This document shows positions 51,985 through 64,000 of a DNA stretch of 64,000 bases, one piece after another. The notes under the pieces were generated by a model. The model had not been told where the DNA came from and did not search any database. It saw nothing but the letters and a program-made list of their open reading frames with translations. Every line of letters starts with the position of its first letter. Positions within the stretch are counted from its first letter, which is position 1. This DNA is from Octopus vulgaris (taxonomy: Eukaryota), in NCBI GenBank assembly GCA_951406725.2, contig OX597823.1, positions 82,832,001 through 82,896,000 on the forward strand, read 5' to 3'. The position numbers were made by a program, and so were the translations under genes.

Positions 51985-52600
51985 TTTCTACTCTAGGCAC
52001 AAGGCCCGAAATTTTCTTGGGGGATGGGTGAAGGGGCCAGTCAATTAGATCGACCCCAGAGGGGACACGCAGAGGGGACAAACAAGGACAGACAAACGGA
52101 TTAAGTCGATTATATCTGTCGACCCCAGTGCGTAACTGGTACTTATTTAATCGACCCCGAAAGGATGAAAGGCAAAGTCGATCTCGGCAGAATTTGAACT
52201 CAGGACAAAGCGGCAGACGAAATACCTATTTCTATTTCTTTATTACTCACAAGGGGCTAAACACAGAGGGGACAAAAAAGGACAGATAAACGGATTAAGT
52301 CGATTACACCGACACCAGTCCCTTTCATCTTTTCGGGGTCGATTAAATAAGTACCAGTTACGCACTGGGTCGATATAATCGACTTAATCCGTTTGTCTGT
52401 CCTTGTTTGTCCTCTCTGTGGGTAGTAAAGAATTAGGTATTTCATCTGCCTTTTATGTTCTTAGTGAATTCCGCCTATGTCGACTTTATCTTTAACCCAT
52501 TCGACATCGAAAGAAGAAGTACCTATTGTGCATTAGGGTTGATAAAACCAAATTAACCTGTTTCCAAAATTTCTGATCTTGTACCGAATTTAGAAACCAA
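51985..52600. mobile_element. SINE-B dimer (minus, 51985-52310) joined to an inverted SINE-B (plus, 52320-52600)
   Basis: 52083-52172 is largely the reverse complement of 52321-52410. Confidence 0.85.
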
Positions 52601-52711
52601 TATGATTTACGAATTACAGACGAGTTTGTCACGTTAGGGATGTCCTTCAATATAAATCTGTTTGATCATTTCTGATTTGGTTATATATTAAAGCAATAAC
52701 AATTATTTTAA

Positions 52712-53487
<776 letters not shown>

Positions 53488-53488
<1 letters not shown>

Positions 53489-53550
53489 GTAGTGGTTAAG
53501 AGCGCGGGCTACTAACCCCAAGATTCCGAGTTCGATTCCAAGCACAGTGA

Positions 53551-53596
<46 letters not shown>

Positions 53597-53600
53597 TATA
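53488..53600 (+). mobile_element. SINE-D copy 4 (head + AAT only), fused head-to-head with copy 3
   Basis: cgtagtggttaagagcgcgggctactaaccccaagattccgagttcgattcca..gtgacctg(aat)n. Confidence 0.85.
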
Positions 53601-53638
53601 ATGATGATGATGATGGTGATGATGATGATGATGATGAC

Positions 53639-53677
<39 letters not shown>

Positions 53678-53679
53678 CC

Positions 53680-53890
53680 TGTCTACTAAAGTCACAAGGC
53701 CTGAAGTTTGGGGGAGGGGACTAGTCGATTACGTCGACCCTAGTGTGTCACTGGTACTTAATTTATCAACCCCGAGACGATGAAAGGTAAAGTCGATCTC
53801 GGCGGAATTTGAACTCAAGACTTAATGACAGACGAAATACTGCTAAGCATTTCGCCCGGCGTGCTAACATTTCTGCCACCTCGCCGCCTT
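53680..53890 (-). mobile_element. SINE-B copy
   Basis: Core aaagtcgatctcggcggaatttgaactca; head ctcgccgcc. Confidence 0.85.
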
Positions 53891-53952
53891 AATAATGAGA
53901 AGAAGAAGAAGAAGAAGAAGAAGAAGAAGAAGAAGAAGAAGAAGAAGAAGAA

Positions 53953-53985
<33 letters not shown>

Positions 53986-54630
53986 ACTGCGACAGCTACC
54001 GAATGCAACAAGCTATTCCTGTGAAAACAACAGCAACTTCAACACCACCTACAATATTAATTCTTACTCATATCTCCATGGAAACTACAACCGCTGAACA
54101 AAATCTACATCAGCACCGCTAAACCAAAGCTCCCTATACAATACCGTTATTATTACCTCTGCCACGACTACACTATAACTACTTCGGCACCACCACCCTA
54201 AACAACTTAAGCAACACTATTGCCTCCATCATAACGACTACCACCACCACGATAACTATACCTGCCACCACAGCCACCACAACCGCCATTTTAAATATCA
54301 GCCCAATAGCATTCAGTTTCATGGCTACCGCGCTCACATTATTTCCTATCTCTCTAACCCATCTATCGGTACATTAATCAAATGAAGCCTGCCAGTCATT
54401 GAATGGATGAGTCAGAGAATGGAAAGCAGGCAACCCGGATTCAGTGAGGAGAAAATCAAAGGGACTATAGAATTACATGAAAGGCAACACTTGAGTGAAT
54501 ATAAGGAAAACGTTTAACACTTTAAGGGACGAAAATAATTACGGAACGACAAACATCTGAAAGTTCTAGTCTAGTTTCTTTTATATATTTGCTGTATTCT
54601 CTACTGTAGATGCATAGATATTTATGCTTT

Positions 54631-55020
54631 TGGCTGTGTAGTAAGAAGTTTGTTTCTTAGCCACATATCTTTCGGGTTCAGTCCCACAGCGTGGCGCATT
54701 GAGCAAGTACCTTCTATTATAGTTCCGGACCGACCAATGCCTTGTGGGTAGACTTGATAGACGGAAACTGGAAGAAACCTATCATATATGTATGTGTCCG
54801 TACATATGTATGTGTGTGTCTGTGTTTTGAGTCTGTCACGCTAACAACTTAACAAGCAGTACAGGATTGTTAACGTCTCCGTAACTTAGTGGTTTGGCAA
54901 ATAAGATCGTGAGAATAAGCACCAGACTTTAATAAAATAGTACTGCGATCGACTTGTTCGACTTTTTCAAGGCGGTGCCCCAGCATGGCTGCAGCCCAAT
55001 GATTAAAACAAGACATAAAA
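54631..55020 (+). mobile_element. SINE-A older full-length copy
   Basis: tggctgtgtagtaagaagtttg..gggttcagtccc..aaggcggtgccccagcatggc. Confidence 0.8.
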
Positions 55021-56061
55021 GCCACTGATATGTAGCTTGTGTTTTATGCAAGGATAATATAGTCAGGATACATTAGATAATGTAGTTGTAAATCTGGAAA
55101 AATAGGCTAATCAGACTGATGATAGAATGCGTTCCAGTCATGGCATTCCCTTCTTACCTTTCTTAGTCCAGACTTAGTTTATCTGGAACTATTTTATTTA
55201 ACGTATCGTTCCTTTTTTCATTCTTTTAAGACACGTTAAACGGTGATTTGACTGCAACTTGGCTGCTATTTATAGTAAATCAAGTGAACAAGTATAGATT
55301 CCATCTACTTCACCTCTTTTTGTCTTTCTGTCTCTCTGCCTCGGTCCCTCTCTCTCTCGCTCTTTCTCTCTCTCTCTCTCTCTCTCTCGCTCTTTCCTTC
55401 TTTCTTTCTATATGTACGCGTTTTACTGTGAATTTACACAACTCAGATAGTGAAGGAATGTACGGCACCAAACTTTCCAGACACTGATGGTTCGGAAACA
55501 TTTATAATCCGTAACAGGTAGCTGTATTTAATTTAATTATTTGAATAAATTTAAATCATGTTTAATTTAGAGTGTATTGACCAAGGTGACTGATCCTCGT
55601 TCGGAAAAGCCAATTACCCCAAAAGACTTTCGTATCAAAAGTTTCGGAACATCAACGTTGTACATGTAGCACATAAACCTTGGCTTTTCTGAGCTAACCC
55701 AGCGTTAAACAACAACAACCAAATCTGGATGGTCATTTTGTAATCATAGAGATTTGAGTTGTTGAGGACACCATTCGAAATCTGTTTGCTATGGAAGGAT
55801 TTAAGAATAGTAATTTTTAAATTAGTGTGTAGTTCCTTTTTCACGCAACGAAATCTGAGAAAGCGTTCCATATATTTCCCACTCTATTGCTTCCTACTAT
55901 GTGGTAACTATTAACAAAATACTATGTGTTGCGTATTTATTCTTAATGCGTTCCGGAAGATTTAAACGCAAATATGCTATCCGCTATTGCATTCATCTCA
56001 AGAGCTTGTTCTTTACTAGAGCTATGTATTCATAGCATACTCGATTCTTTATTACAAGGGA

Positions 56062-56106
56062 TCCTACGACACCGGTGTTTCGAAATGTTGTGTCTCCTCA
56101 GCCAGA
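56062..56106 (-). ncRNA. Minimal hammerhead-like motif (sister of 36557)
   Basis: Reverse: CTGAGGA-gacacaacatttc-GAAA-CACCGGT-GTC-gtagga. Confidence 0.5.
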
Positions 56107-56439
56107 AAAAATACCTGGACTAATCAATCTAATAAGGCTATCACCTTTTGTTTATAATTTGCACAGACAAATTTGCCAAACGATAAACCCTCATATATAT
56201 GGTGAAGAGCAGGATTCGAAACAACATCTTGCATATTTTTTAATACGTCCCAGTATATTCGAGCGCTGTACTAATGAACCGAGTGAGTTATGAACAGATA
56301 ATCGTAAAGAAGAAGCTATTTTCCTGTGACGAAGAAAACAGCGATTAGCATATTTGGGTTCGAATCAGCCGGAACACAATAAAAATAGATGTGAAAATCA
56401 TCGTTTCTAAATTTCTTGTTCATCGCGAGTATTTAATAG

Positions 56440-56578
56440 CAAAATTCCGCCGGTGCCGACTTTGCCTTTCATCCTTTCGGATCGATAAAAGAAGTAACAG
56501 TTGAGCCGTGGGGCTGATGAAATCGACTTACATCCTCCCCGAAATTGCTGGCTTTGTGCCAAAATTTGAAACCAATAT
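56440..56578 (+). mobile_element. SINE-B fragment
   Basis: aaattccgccggtgccgactttgcctttcatcctttcggatcgataaa. Confidence 0.75.
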
Positions 56579-57349
56579 TTATTAGCAGGATAGTCTTGCC
56601 GACTCGAAAGTTTTGCCATAAATTCAAAAGACAGTATACGAACGGTTTCCGTATGCTTGTGAGTGGGTCTGCGGGTGTTTCTTACTACGCAGGTGTGTTT
56701 CTTTTCAGCTACCGAAGCGAAAGAGTGATAACGAAGGAAGACCTTCAAACCTTTTCAATACCTAATTGTCAACATATTGAGAGTTTATCAGCAATTTCAT
56801 TCCCAAATCGTAAGGACGGGAATTTATTCTTTGTGATGATTGACTGCTCATTAATATAAATCTATCTATTTCAAAACAAAATACTTCCTTTAAGCAATAC
56901 TTCCATACATGCAAGAAAGCCATTACGTGACATTAGCTATAGCAACGTACTGCGTATGTAGTAATTATATTTGCTAGATATAGCAGTCAACTCAGCCTAT
57001 GTCATAGGAATAAAAGGATAGACAGGATAGGAAACATCTAGATAAAATGTGACTGAAAGTAACAAAGGACTGGATAGTCATGGGCAGACCATTATGAAAC
57101 ATTATCTACACCAGTATATGCAGTCATTCGAAGTGCTAGATATAGTAGTCAAATCAACCTCAAATCAAACATTACCGCTTAGAAATAAAAAGCTAAATAG
57201 GATTGTATACATCTGCTTATATACTGAAAAAATAAACTGGATAGCCATGGCAGGAATCCATTTATTCCAGGCCAACTGGTCTTGAACAAAGCAATAATAT
57301 ATCTTTGTCTGCCACTTGTGTCAGACATCGACTACGGTACTCTATTTAA

Positions 57350-57761
57350 ATCAGTTTCTTATTCTATCAGTCTTATTGCCAAACCGCTCAGTTACGGAGA
57401 CTTAAACGAACCAATACCGATTGTAACACACATACACACACACACGTATTGTGTGTGTGTGTGTGTGTATGTGTGTGTGTGTGTGTGTTTTGTTGGTTCA
57501 ATTTCTGACGACGCATTGTGTCCTTGAGCAAGACACTTTATTTCACGTTGCTCTAATCCACTCAGCTGGCAAAAATGAGTAGTACATGTATTGCAAAGGG
57601 CCAGCTTTCTCACACTCTTTGTCACGCTAAATCTCCCTGAGAACTGCATTAAGGTTAGGTGTGTCTGTGGAGTGTTCAGCCACTTGCACGTTAATTTCAC
57701 GAGTAAGCTGTTCCGTTGATCGTATCAGCTGCGACCCTCACCGTCGTAACAGATCTGTGCT

Positions 57762-57796
<35 letters not shown>

Positions 57797-57965
57797 CATA
57801 TGACAGGCTTTTTCCATATAGTTTCTGTCCCTTAAATCCACTCACTAAGCATTGGTTAGCTAGGAGCAGCTATAATAGAAAATACTGGCTAAAGACGCCC
57901 CGCAGTGGATCTGAACTCAAAGCCACGTTGTTGCAAAGCAAGTTTGATTAGCACACAACCATACC
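57350..57965 (-). mobile_element. SINE-A with a plus-strand SINE-C-type element (57495-57760) nested in its microsatellite
   Basis: Tail at 57350-57430, head at 57800-57965; insert ttgtgtccttgagcaagacactttatttcacgttgctc..ccactcagctggcaaaaatgagta. Confidence 0.7.
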
Positions 57966-58059
57966 TATAAACATATATTCTATTTCTTTCTTCTGTTTTT
58001 TGTTTTTTTTAATATGTATGTATTTATCAAGTAAGATCACTCTCCATAACATAGAGAGA

Positions 58060-58435
58060 GGAGGGGAGGGGGCCAGTCGATTAGATCAACCCCAGTACGC
58101 AACTTAATTTATCGATCCGAAAGGATGAAAGGCAAATTCGACCTCGGTGGAATTTGAACTCAGAATTTAAAGACAGATGAAATACTGCTAAGCATTTCGC
58201 CCAGCGTGCTAACGTTTCTGCCAGCTCGCCGCCTCGGTGTTTACATATATTGAATTATTAAATAGCAAATGGCTGTCATAGGGCAGTAAGCTGTCAGAAT
58301 TGTTACCGTGGCAGACAAATTGCTTAGCGGCATTTCTTCCATCTTGGCATTCTGAGCTGTAAGTCATGTTCTGGGGTAGATGGTATCGCCTACCCTTCCG
58401 CTTAAAATTCCTAGTTTTGTGCCTAAATCGGAAAA
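58060..58435. mobile_element. SINE-B (minus, 58060-58233) and an old SINE-B (plus, 58280-58435)
   Basis: Core and head motifs as in other copies. Confidence 0.75.
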
Positions 58436-58616
58436 AAATCGTTACACTACCTCTATCTTTTTCACCTCAATTCCTATATTTATCGTCAGTTAATTAACAT
58501 TACTTATTTGGCTAATTATCTAATATGTCGAACGTTGACCAAGCTAGCTGATACGCTGCTTTAGTAGTGAAAAAAACGGCTCAGAATGGCTTCGAAGCAT
58601 GTGGTCTGTGTCAGTA

Positions 58617-58762
<146 letters not shown>

Positions 58763-59559
58763 TTGTGTAGTGTTTGCTTTGTGATAAGTCCCAGTAATTG
58801 CACTGATACTCTTTTATTTGTTTCAGTTATTTGACTGCGGCCTTGCTGAACCCGGAACCATGTGGTTGGTAAGCAAGCTACTTATATTCTAAAATCATGT
58901 TCACATATTCGAATATATTATTTACCACACAACCACTCCGGCGCCTACATGGATAAGAGAAAGACAATGCAAATTCAATTCCAACGAATAAGTATGATGA
59001 TTGCGTCAAGACCTAAAATCGTAATCATCTCTTGTTAATCAAATTCTTTCTCACTCATTCACACATTATGTCTCTCACTTCCTCTCCCTTAAACACAATT
59101 CCTTTCTAATACTTCCACTCGAGATTCTATCTTTGTATCTTAGGTTTTTTATTATTTATAACCCTCGTAATGAGGCCAAATATATTCGAATATGTGAACA
59201 TGGTTTTAGAATATTCAAATAATAGATTCTGAAAGTGTTGAATATATTATACAATCATTATTTATACTCACACATTCACACACTTGTACACACACGTGTA
59301 TAAGTTTGTGTATACAATTACAGTTTGAAAAGCACTAACCCTCTTCAATACCAACCCATCCGTTGTAAGAAAGAAAAGGTCTTATCGGATAATGTAGTCT
59401 GAGATGCCGTATAGCTAAATGAAATATTCATTTCTACTCGAGGCACAATGCCCCTAATTTTGGGCGAAGCGGTCAGTCGATTAGATCTACCCCAGTACCC
59501 AACTGGTACTTAATTTATTGACTCCGAAAGGATGAATGCTCGAGAGGAATAACCAAGAC

Positions 59560-60065
59560 AATGTTTTAGGATAATCAATAACGTTCGACAGTTGGAAAAA
59601 ATAATTCAAAAACCAATGTTCGTAAAGGTATTATGTATCTTAAACCTTTGTAAAATAATGGGAAGACACGCCTTAATGATTGCATGCGTTGAATTCTGAT
59701 TTATGGAAGGATACACAAGGCAAGGTTTACACTGGTACATCTCAAATACGTTATCCTCAAACAAGATCTGTTTCTTACTTTTAGGTGCCTATAGTATAAA
59801 GTGCGTTTTTCTCATTTTGAAATACATGTCATTTCAGGAAGAAATTTTCTAAATCTAAACCATTTTCGATAAACTAAATAATTTCTCTGGCAAATGGTCC
59901 CTCACCTTGATGATTTTTCTCACCATTTCAGGAAGTTCACTTACCTTATTCAAATCGGTATTCACTTTTTCAACTTGCATTTTAATAGTAAATAAAATTG
60001 TCCTCTCATTAAAACGGTTTAAAGCAATCCCCTACTCGCAGCATATTTTTCTTCACAATCATCTT
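59560..60065 (-). pseudogene. Tigger/pogo (DDE_1) transposase remnant
   Basis: Reverse: KYAASRG..RFNERTILFTIKMQVEKVNTDLNKVSELPEMVRKIIKVRDHLPEKLF..LPEMTCISK..KPCLVY (compare ASRGWF.RFK, PEQIFN.DETGL, TYISK.EK, KP.LVY). Confidence 0.7.
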
Positions 60066-61102
60066 TACTTCTTTCTACACATGCGGTGTTTATAGGGTAC
60101 GGCAGAAAACTCTCACATTTTACCGGTTGACAACTTTTCAACGACAAACTTGCAGTGTGCCCAAACCCAAGGCATAACAGCAATTAAGGAATAACGATAT
60201 AACATTAACATTAACACCTGTTTAACTTCACTTGCGCTACACCAAAGGTTGTGCAAATTATGGGAGGTGTTTCTGCCTCAGCACATCTGTGAAGTCTTCC
60301 AACATTTCCTTGCACTAATCCATGTTTAATAGGCAAAATACGCTGCTTTTGATCCTCTAGCCAAATTACCAGTTTGATTTCAATTATTAAACCATTGAGT
60401 CGCTTAGTAATAATTATAGCTCTGCAGTTCTGTACCTTTCATCGGGTCAACGCCTCTTACATGCTCATTTTGTTTAATATTGTTCCAATTGTTGACCGAG
60501 TGTATCATAATGCATTTCATATGTTCGTTGGCGTTTCACCTCTCTCTCTCTCTCTCTGATCGCTTCGTCATTTCTATGTGTTCTACTTTCATTTCAAATC
60601 AGATCTCTTCTCCTCGTACTTTGATCTTTCACCATTACTTGTATTCGGTTTACGCTTTAGAGAAGTGGTTTACAAGTCTGAGCACAAGCACAATTTAATC
60701 AAATAACGCTAAGAGTTCAAACATAAGTACGTTTACGTGATCTGACTTAAAGTGCTGATAGCATGATGTTTTCCTTATTTGAGCCGACAAACGTTTGAAA
60801 ATGCATCATGTTTTGATGTGCGCTGCAAAGTTGTCCATTTTTTTTTTATTTCATTACCAACAATTACAGGCAGCTCACGTACTTTTCATATAATAGTTTT
60901 ACAGTGGAATTCAGCTCAGCAATATGGATGTTTAGAAGTGAAAAGTTCGTAACTCAGGAACGCTTGTATGTATGTGTGTAGACATATATGTTTGTATTTG
61001 TGAATGTGTACACATACACACACACACATGTTTATCGAAAAGAGATCAAAGGTCCTTCCCAAGCAATAAGCTCATAAATCCGGTATCCCGCATTCTGTAG
61101 CG

Positions 61103-61156
<54 letters not shown>

Positions 61157-61924
61157 TTGGGCTACGCTTTATTCAATGCTTTTTCATGCAAATTAACAAT
61201 AAAATAGTTAAAAAAGCGTAAACCGAATTCCTTATTTTATTCTTCTCACTAAGTGACATATTAATAGTTATAATACAACTTGAACAAAAAATTATTTGCA
61301 ATATCGATCAAAGAATTTGGGTTGAGACTGAGTCACAACAAATTTGAAAGTGATATTTGATATTTGTAATCGAATTCATGTTTTAAAAAAGACTTCTCAC
61401 AACTAGAAGATAAATGATGACTGTTATCTAAAATTCAGTAACTCCAATTTCCGTTGGGAACCTAGAATCTGACGTTTAGGCCCTTGTCTTCCGTTTTAGA
61501 CAGAGGAAAAGAAAGTGATGTCTCTTGGACTGGGGGCAGACAAATGAAGAAGGGCATGAGTCCTAAGAGTAATTAAACTCCTCAATGCATTTAAGCTTGT
61601 CTCTTCTTTAAACTCTTCGCTAATTTTTAGCAACTCATTCAAATCATCTTCTAGTTTCCTTGGAAACTGAATTTGACTGCATCAGCTATATAACATAGAG
61701 AAAGAAATCAGTCAAAATTTAAATATCTTGTTTAATATCCAACAAGAAACTTTCTGCGCGCTCTACATTTAAAAATGTAAAACCGTTTTACTCTGTTCGG
61801 CTTTAATACTTGCTGGCTATACTAAATTTTGAATCAGAATTATTACGTTAAAACATGTAACCATGATCGTAACAGAGGATAACTTTTAATTAATATTAAT
61901 ATATTCATTATGATTAATATCGCT

Positions 61925-62132
61925 TTCAAATTCTTGTACAAGGCCAGATTTTTGGAGGTGTGGGTAAGCCGATTACATCAACTCCTGTGTTTAACTGGTC
62001 GTATTTTATGAACAGCAAAAGGATGACAAGTAAAGTTGTCCGTAGTGGGATTTGAACTCAGAACGTAAAATAGGACGAAATACCGTCAAGCATTTTCCTC
62101 GGCATGCTGCCGATTCAGCTAACTCACCGCCT
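61925..62132 (-). mobile_element. SINE-B diverged copy
   Basis: atttgaactcagaacgtaaa..gacgaaataccg..ctcaccgcc. Confidence 0.75.
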
Positions 62133-62249
62133 TTTTCAATGTCATCGGTATTGAGAAGTTGTCTTGGAATTACTGATGTAGCAAGGAAAATAATGCACTT
62201 TCAAAGGACGATATTATTTTTATGATTTTGGCAAGTAAAGGAGACAACA

Positions 62250-62290
62250 CAGTACATACTTCGAGCTTATTAGATCTCTTCAGCAAAACT
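62250..62290 (-). ncRNA. Degenerate hammerhead-like motif
   Basis: Reverse: CTGAAGA-GATCT-aata-AGCTC-GAAG-TATGTAC. Confidence 0.3.
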
Positions 62291-62940
62291 TGAACTTCAT
62301 TTTACTGGTTGAAATAGTGATGAAATAATTACTTGTTAGATAACCAATATAGTACAGAAACAAATACATTCTAAGTACTGATTTATTTTTCGAATTTGAC
62401 TAAATGTCCTTTAGCAGGAATGTAGAAGAAAGCAGTTTGTTCATTGGTTCATAAATACTTGTGAATGCTCAGCGTATATTTCTGGAAGACGCTAAAGATG
62501 GTAACATTTATTAAGAATTTGTCTTTGTTTTCACAAGAGTTCATCATATAGAAATAGCAAACGAAATAAATCTAAATCAGATTAATGTGAAATAGAATCA
62601 GACAAAATATGTTGGTTTTGTTTTTTGTCTTTTCAGATAGTTTATGAACACTTTACATTCGGGAAATTTTATTTGTAACACGGTAATTCTATGTATGTAT
62701 TTTTTTGGTTTGTTTGTTTTCGCAAACACAAGAAAGATGTGTTTCTTTCTTTCTTTCTTTCTTTTATTTATATATTTATTTACGAGCCAAATAAAAGCAT
62801 ATATTAGGTGTGAAATCAGGAAAGTTGGTCATACGAAAACACAAGAGATATATACATATGTAAAAAGCAAAACACATACATGTATATACACATATAGATA
62901 TTATTGCATTCATTCTCACCAGTCTATTCCCACTGCATTT

Positions 62941-62974
<34 letters not shown>

Positions 62975-63334
62975 ATATGTATATATATATGTGTGTATAT
63001 ATATGTATGTTTATATATATATATTTGTATGTTGCGCAGTAGAAAATATGGGCTCTTGTACTTTACGTTGTGCATTTTGATGCCTTGAAACGAAGAAATA
63101 AAGGACACGCACACAGACATCTACACACGCACACAAGTGCGCACGCGCCCCGCGCCTGTACACTGGCATATACACATAAATGCACACACATGAATATATA
63201 TGTATATATACACACACACACACACGCACATACACACACACGCACATACACACACGCGCATATATAAATATATATATATAGATCAAATGTACAGAAAAGG
63301 GAAAAAGAACAAAGACAGGTAAAGGAACAAGAAG

Positions 63335-64000
63335 CATATGTATGTATGTGTGTATGTGTGTGTATGTATGTATGTATGTATGTATGTATGTATGTATGTA
63401 TGTATGTATGTGTATGTATGTGTGTGTATGTATGTATGTTTGTATGTGTATGTGTATGTATGTGTATGTGTGTGTATGTATATGTGGATGTGTGTGTGTC
63501 TGTGTGTGCATGTGTGTGTATGTGTGTGTGTATATGAGTGTATGTTTGTGTATGTATTATGTATGTATGTGTGTATGTATGCAATATGTATATATGTACA
63601 TATGTATGTATGAAGCAAAGTTTTGTAACGATGGAACTCTGTGTCGATAAAGCTAATAAGGCAAAAGTGTTTACAACATTTGGCTAAAAACATCTGAATA
63701 GTATAAATTCGAAGTCTTCTACATTTTTTTTTTAACTCCAAGGGATTTTTTAGCGCAAATATTTCACACGCCTTTATTTATAACTTTATCGAATTTAAGA
63801 TTCACCATTAAAAATTACAAATGAAAAATACTTCATATCTCTCCATGTTTTTAAAATTCTTTTATTGAAAGCTGTACGTACATAACCACACATATTTATG
63901 TGCGTATGTATGTGTGTGTATGTATGCATGTATGTATGTATGTATGTATGTATGTATGTATGTATGTATGTATGTATGTATGTATGTATGTATGTATGTA
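63335..64000. repeat. (TATG)n/(TG)n compound microsatellites (63335-63612, 63896-64000)
   Basis: Directly visible. Confidence 0.9.

Overview
AT-rich, repeat-saturated eukaryotic DNA, almost certainly animal. The microsatellite load and tRNA-headed SINE families look like those of octopod cephalopods (Octopus); this is inferred, not searched. I find no convincing intact protein-coding gene: nearly all listed ORFs are translations of (TA)n, (CA)n or (ATT)n runs. The window holds four tRNA-derived SINE groups (my labels A-D, about 45 copies or fragments, often nested or inverted) and decayed transposon ORFs: Penelope-like RT and GIY-YIG, an RLE-type non-LTR element, RTE, CR1/L2-like, hAT Buster/Charlie, mariner, Tc1/maT and Tigger. 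It also has two MITEs with intact TSDs and a Helitron 3' end. The most interesting signal is Penelope-type minimal hammerhead ribozyme (HHR) motifs. SINE-D is a tRNA head + (AAT)n + a 3' module with a minimal type-I HHR, and both of its loci are head-to-head inverted pairs. About nine other HHR-shaped motifs, several with altered cores, sit in short elements that often lie in (TA)n tracts. Element ends were read by eye and are approximate (about +/-10-20 nt) unless a TSD is quoted.
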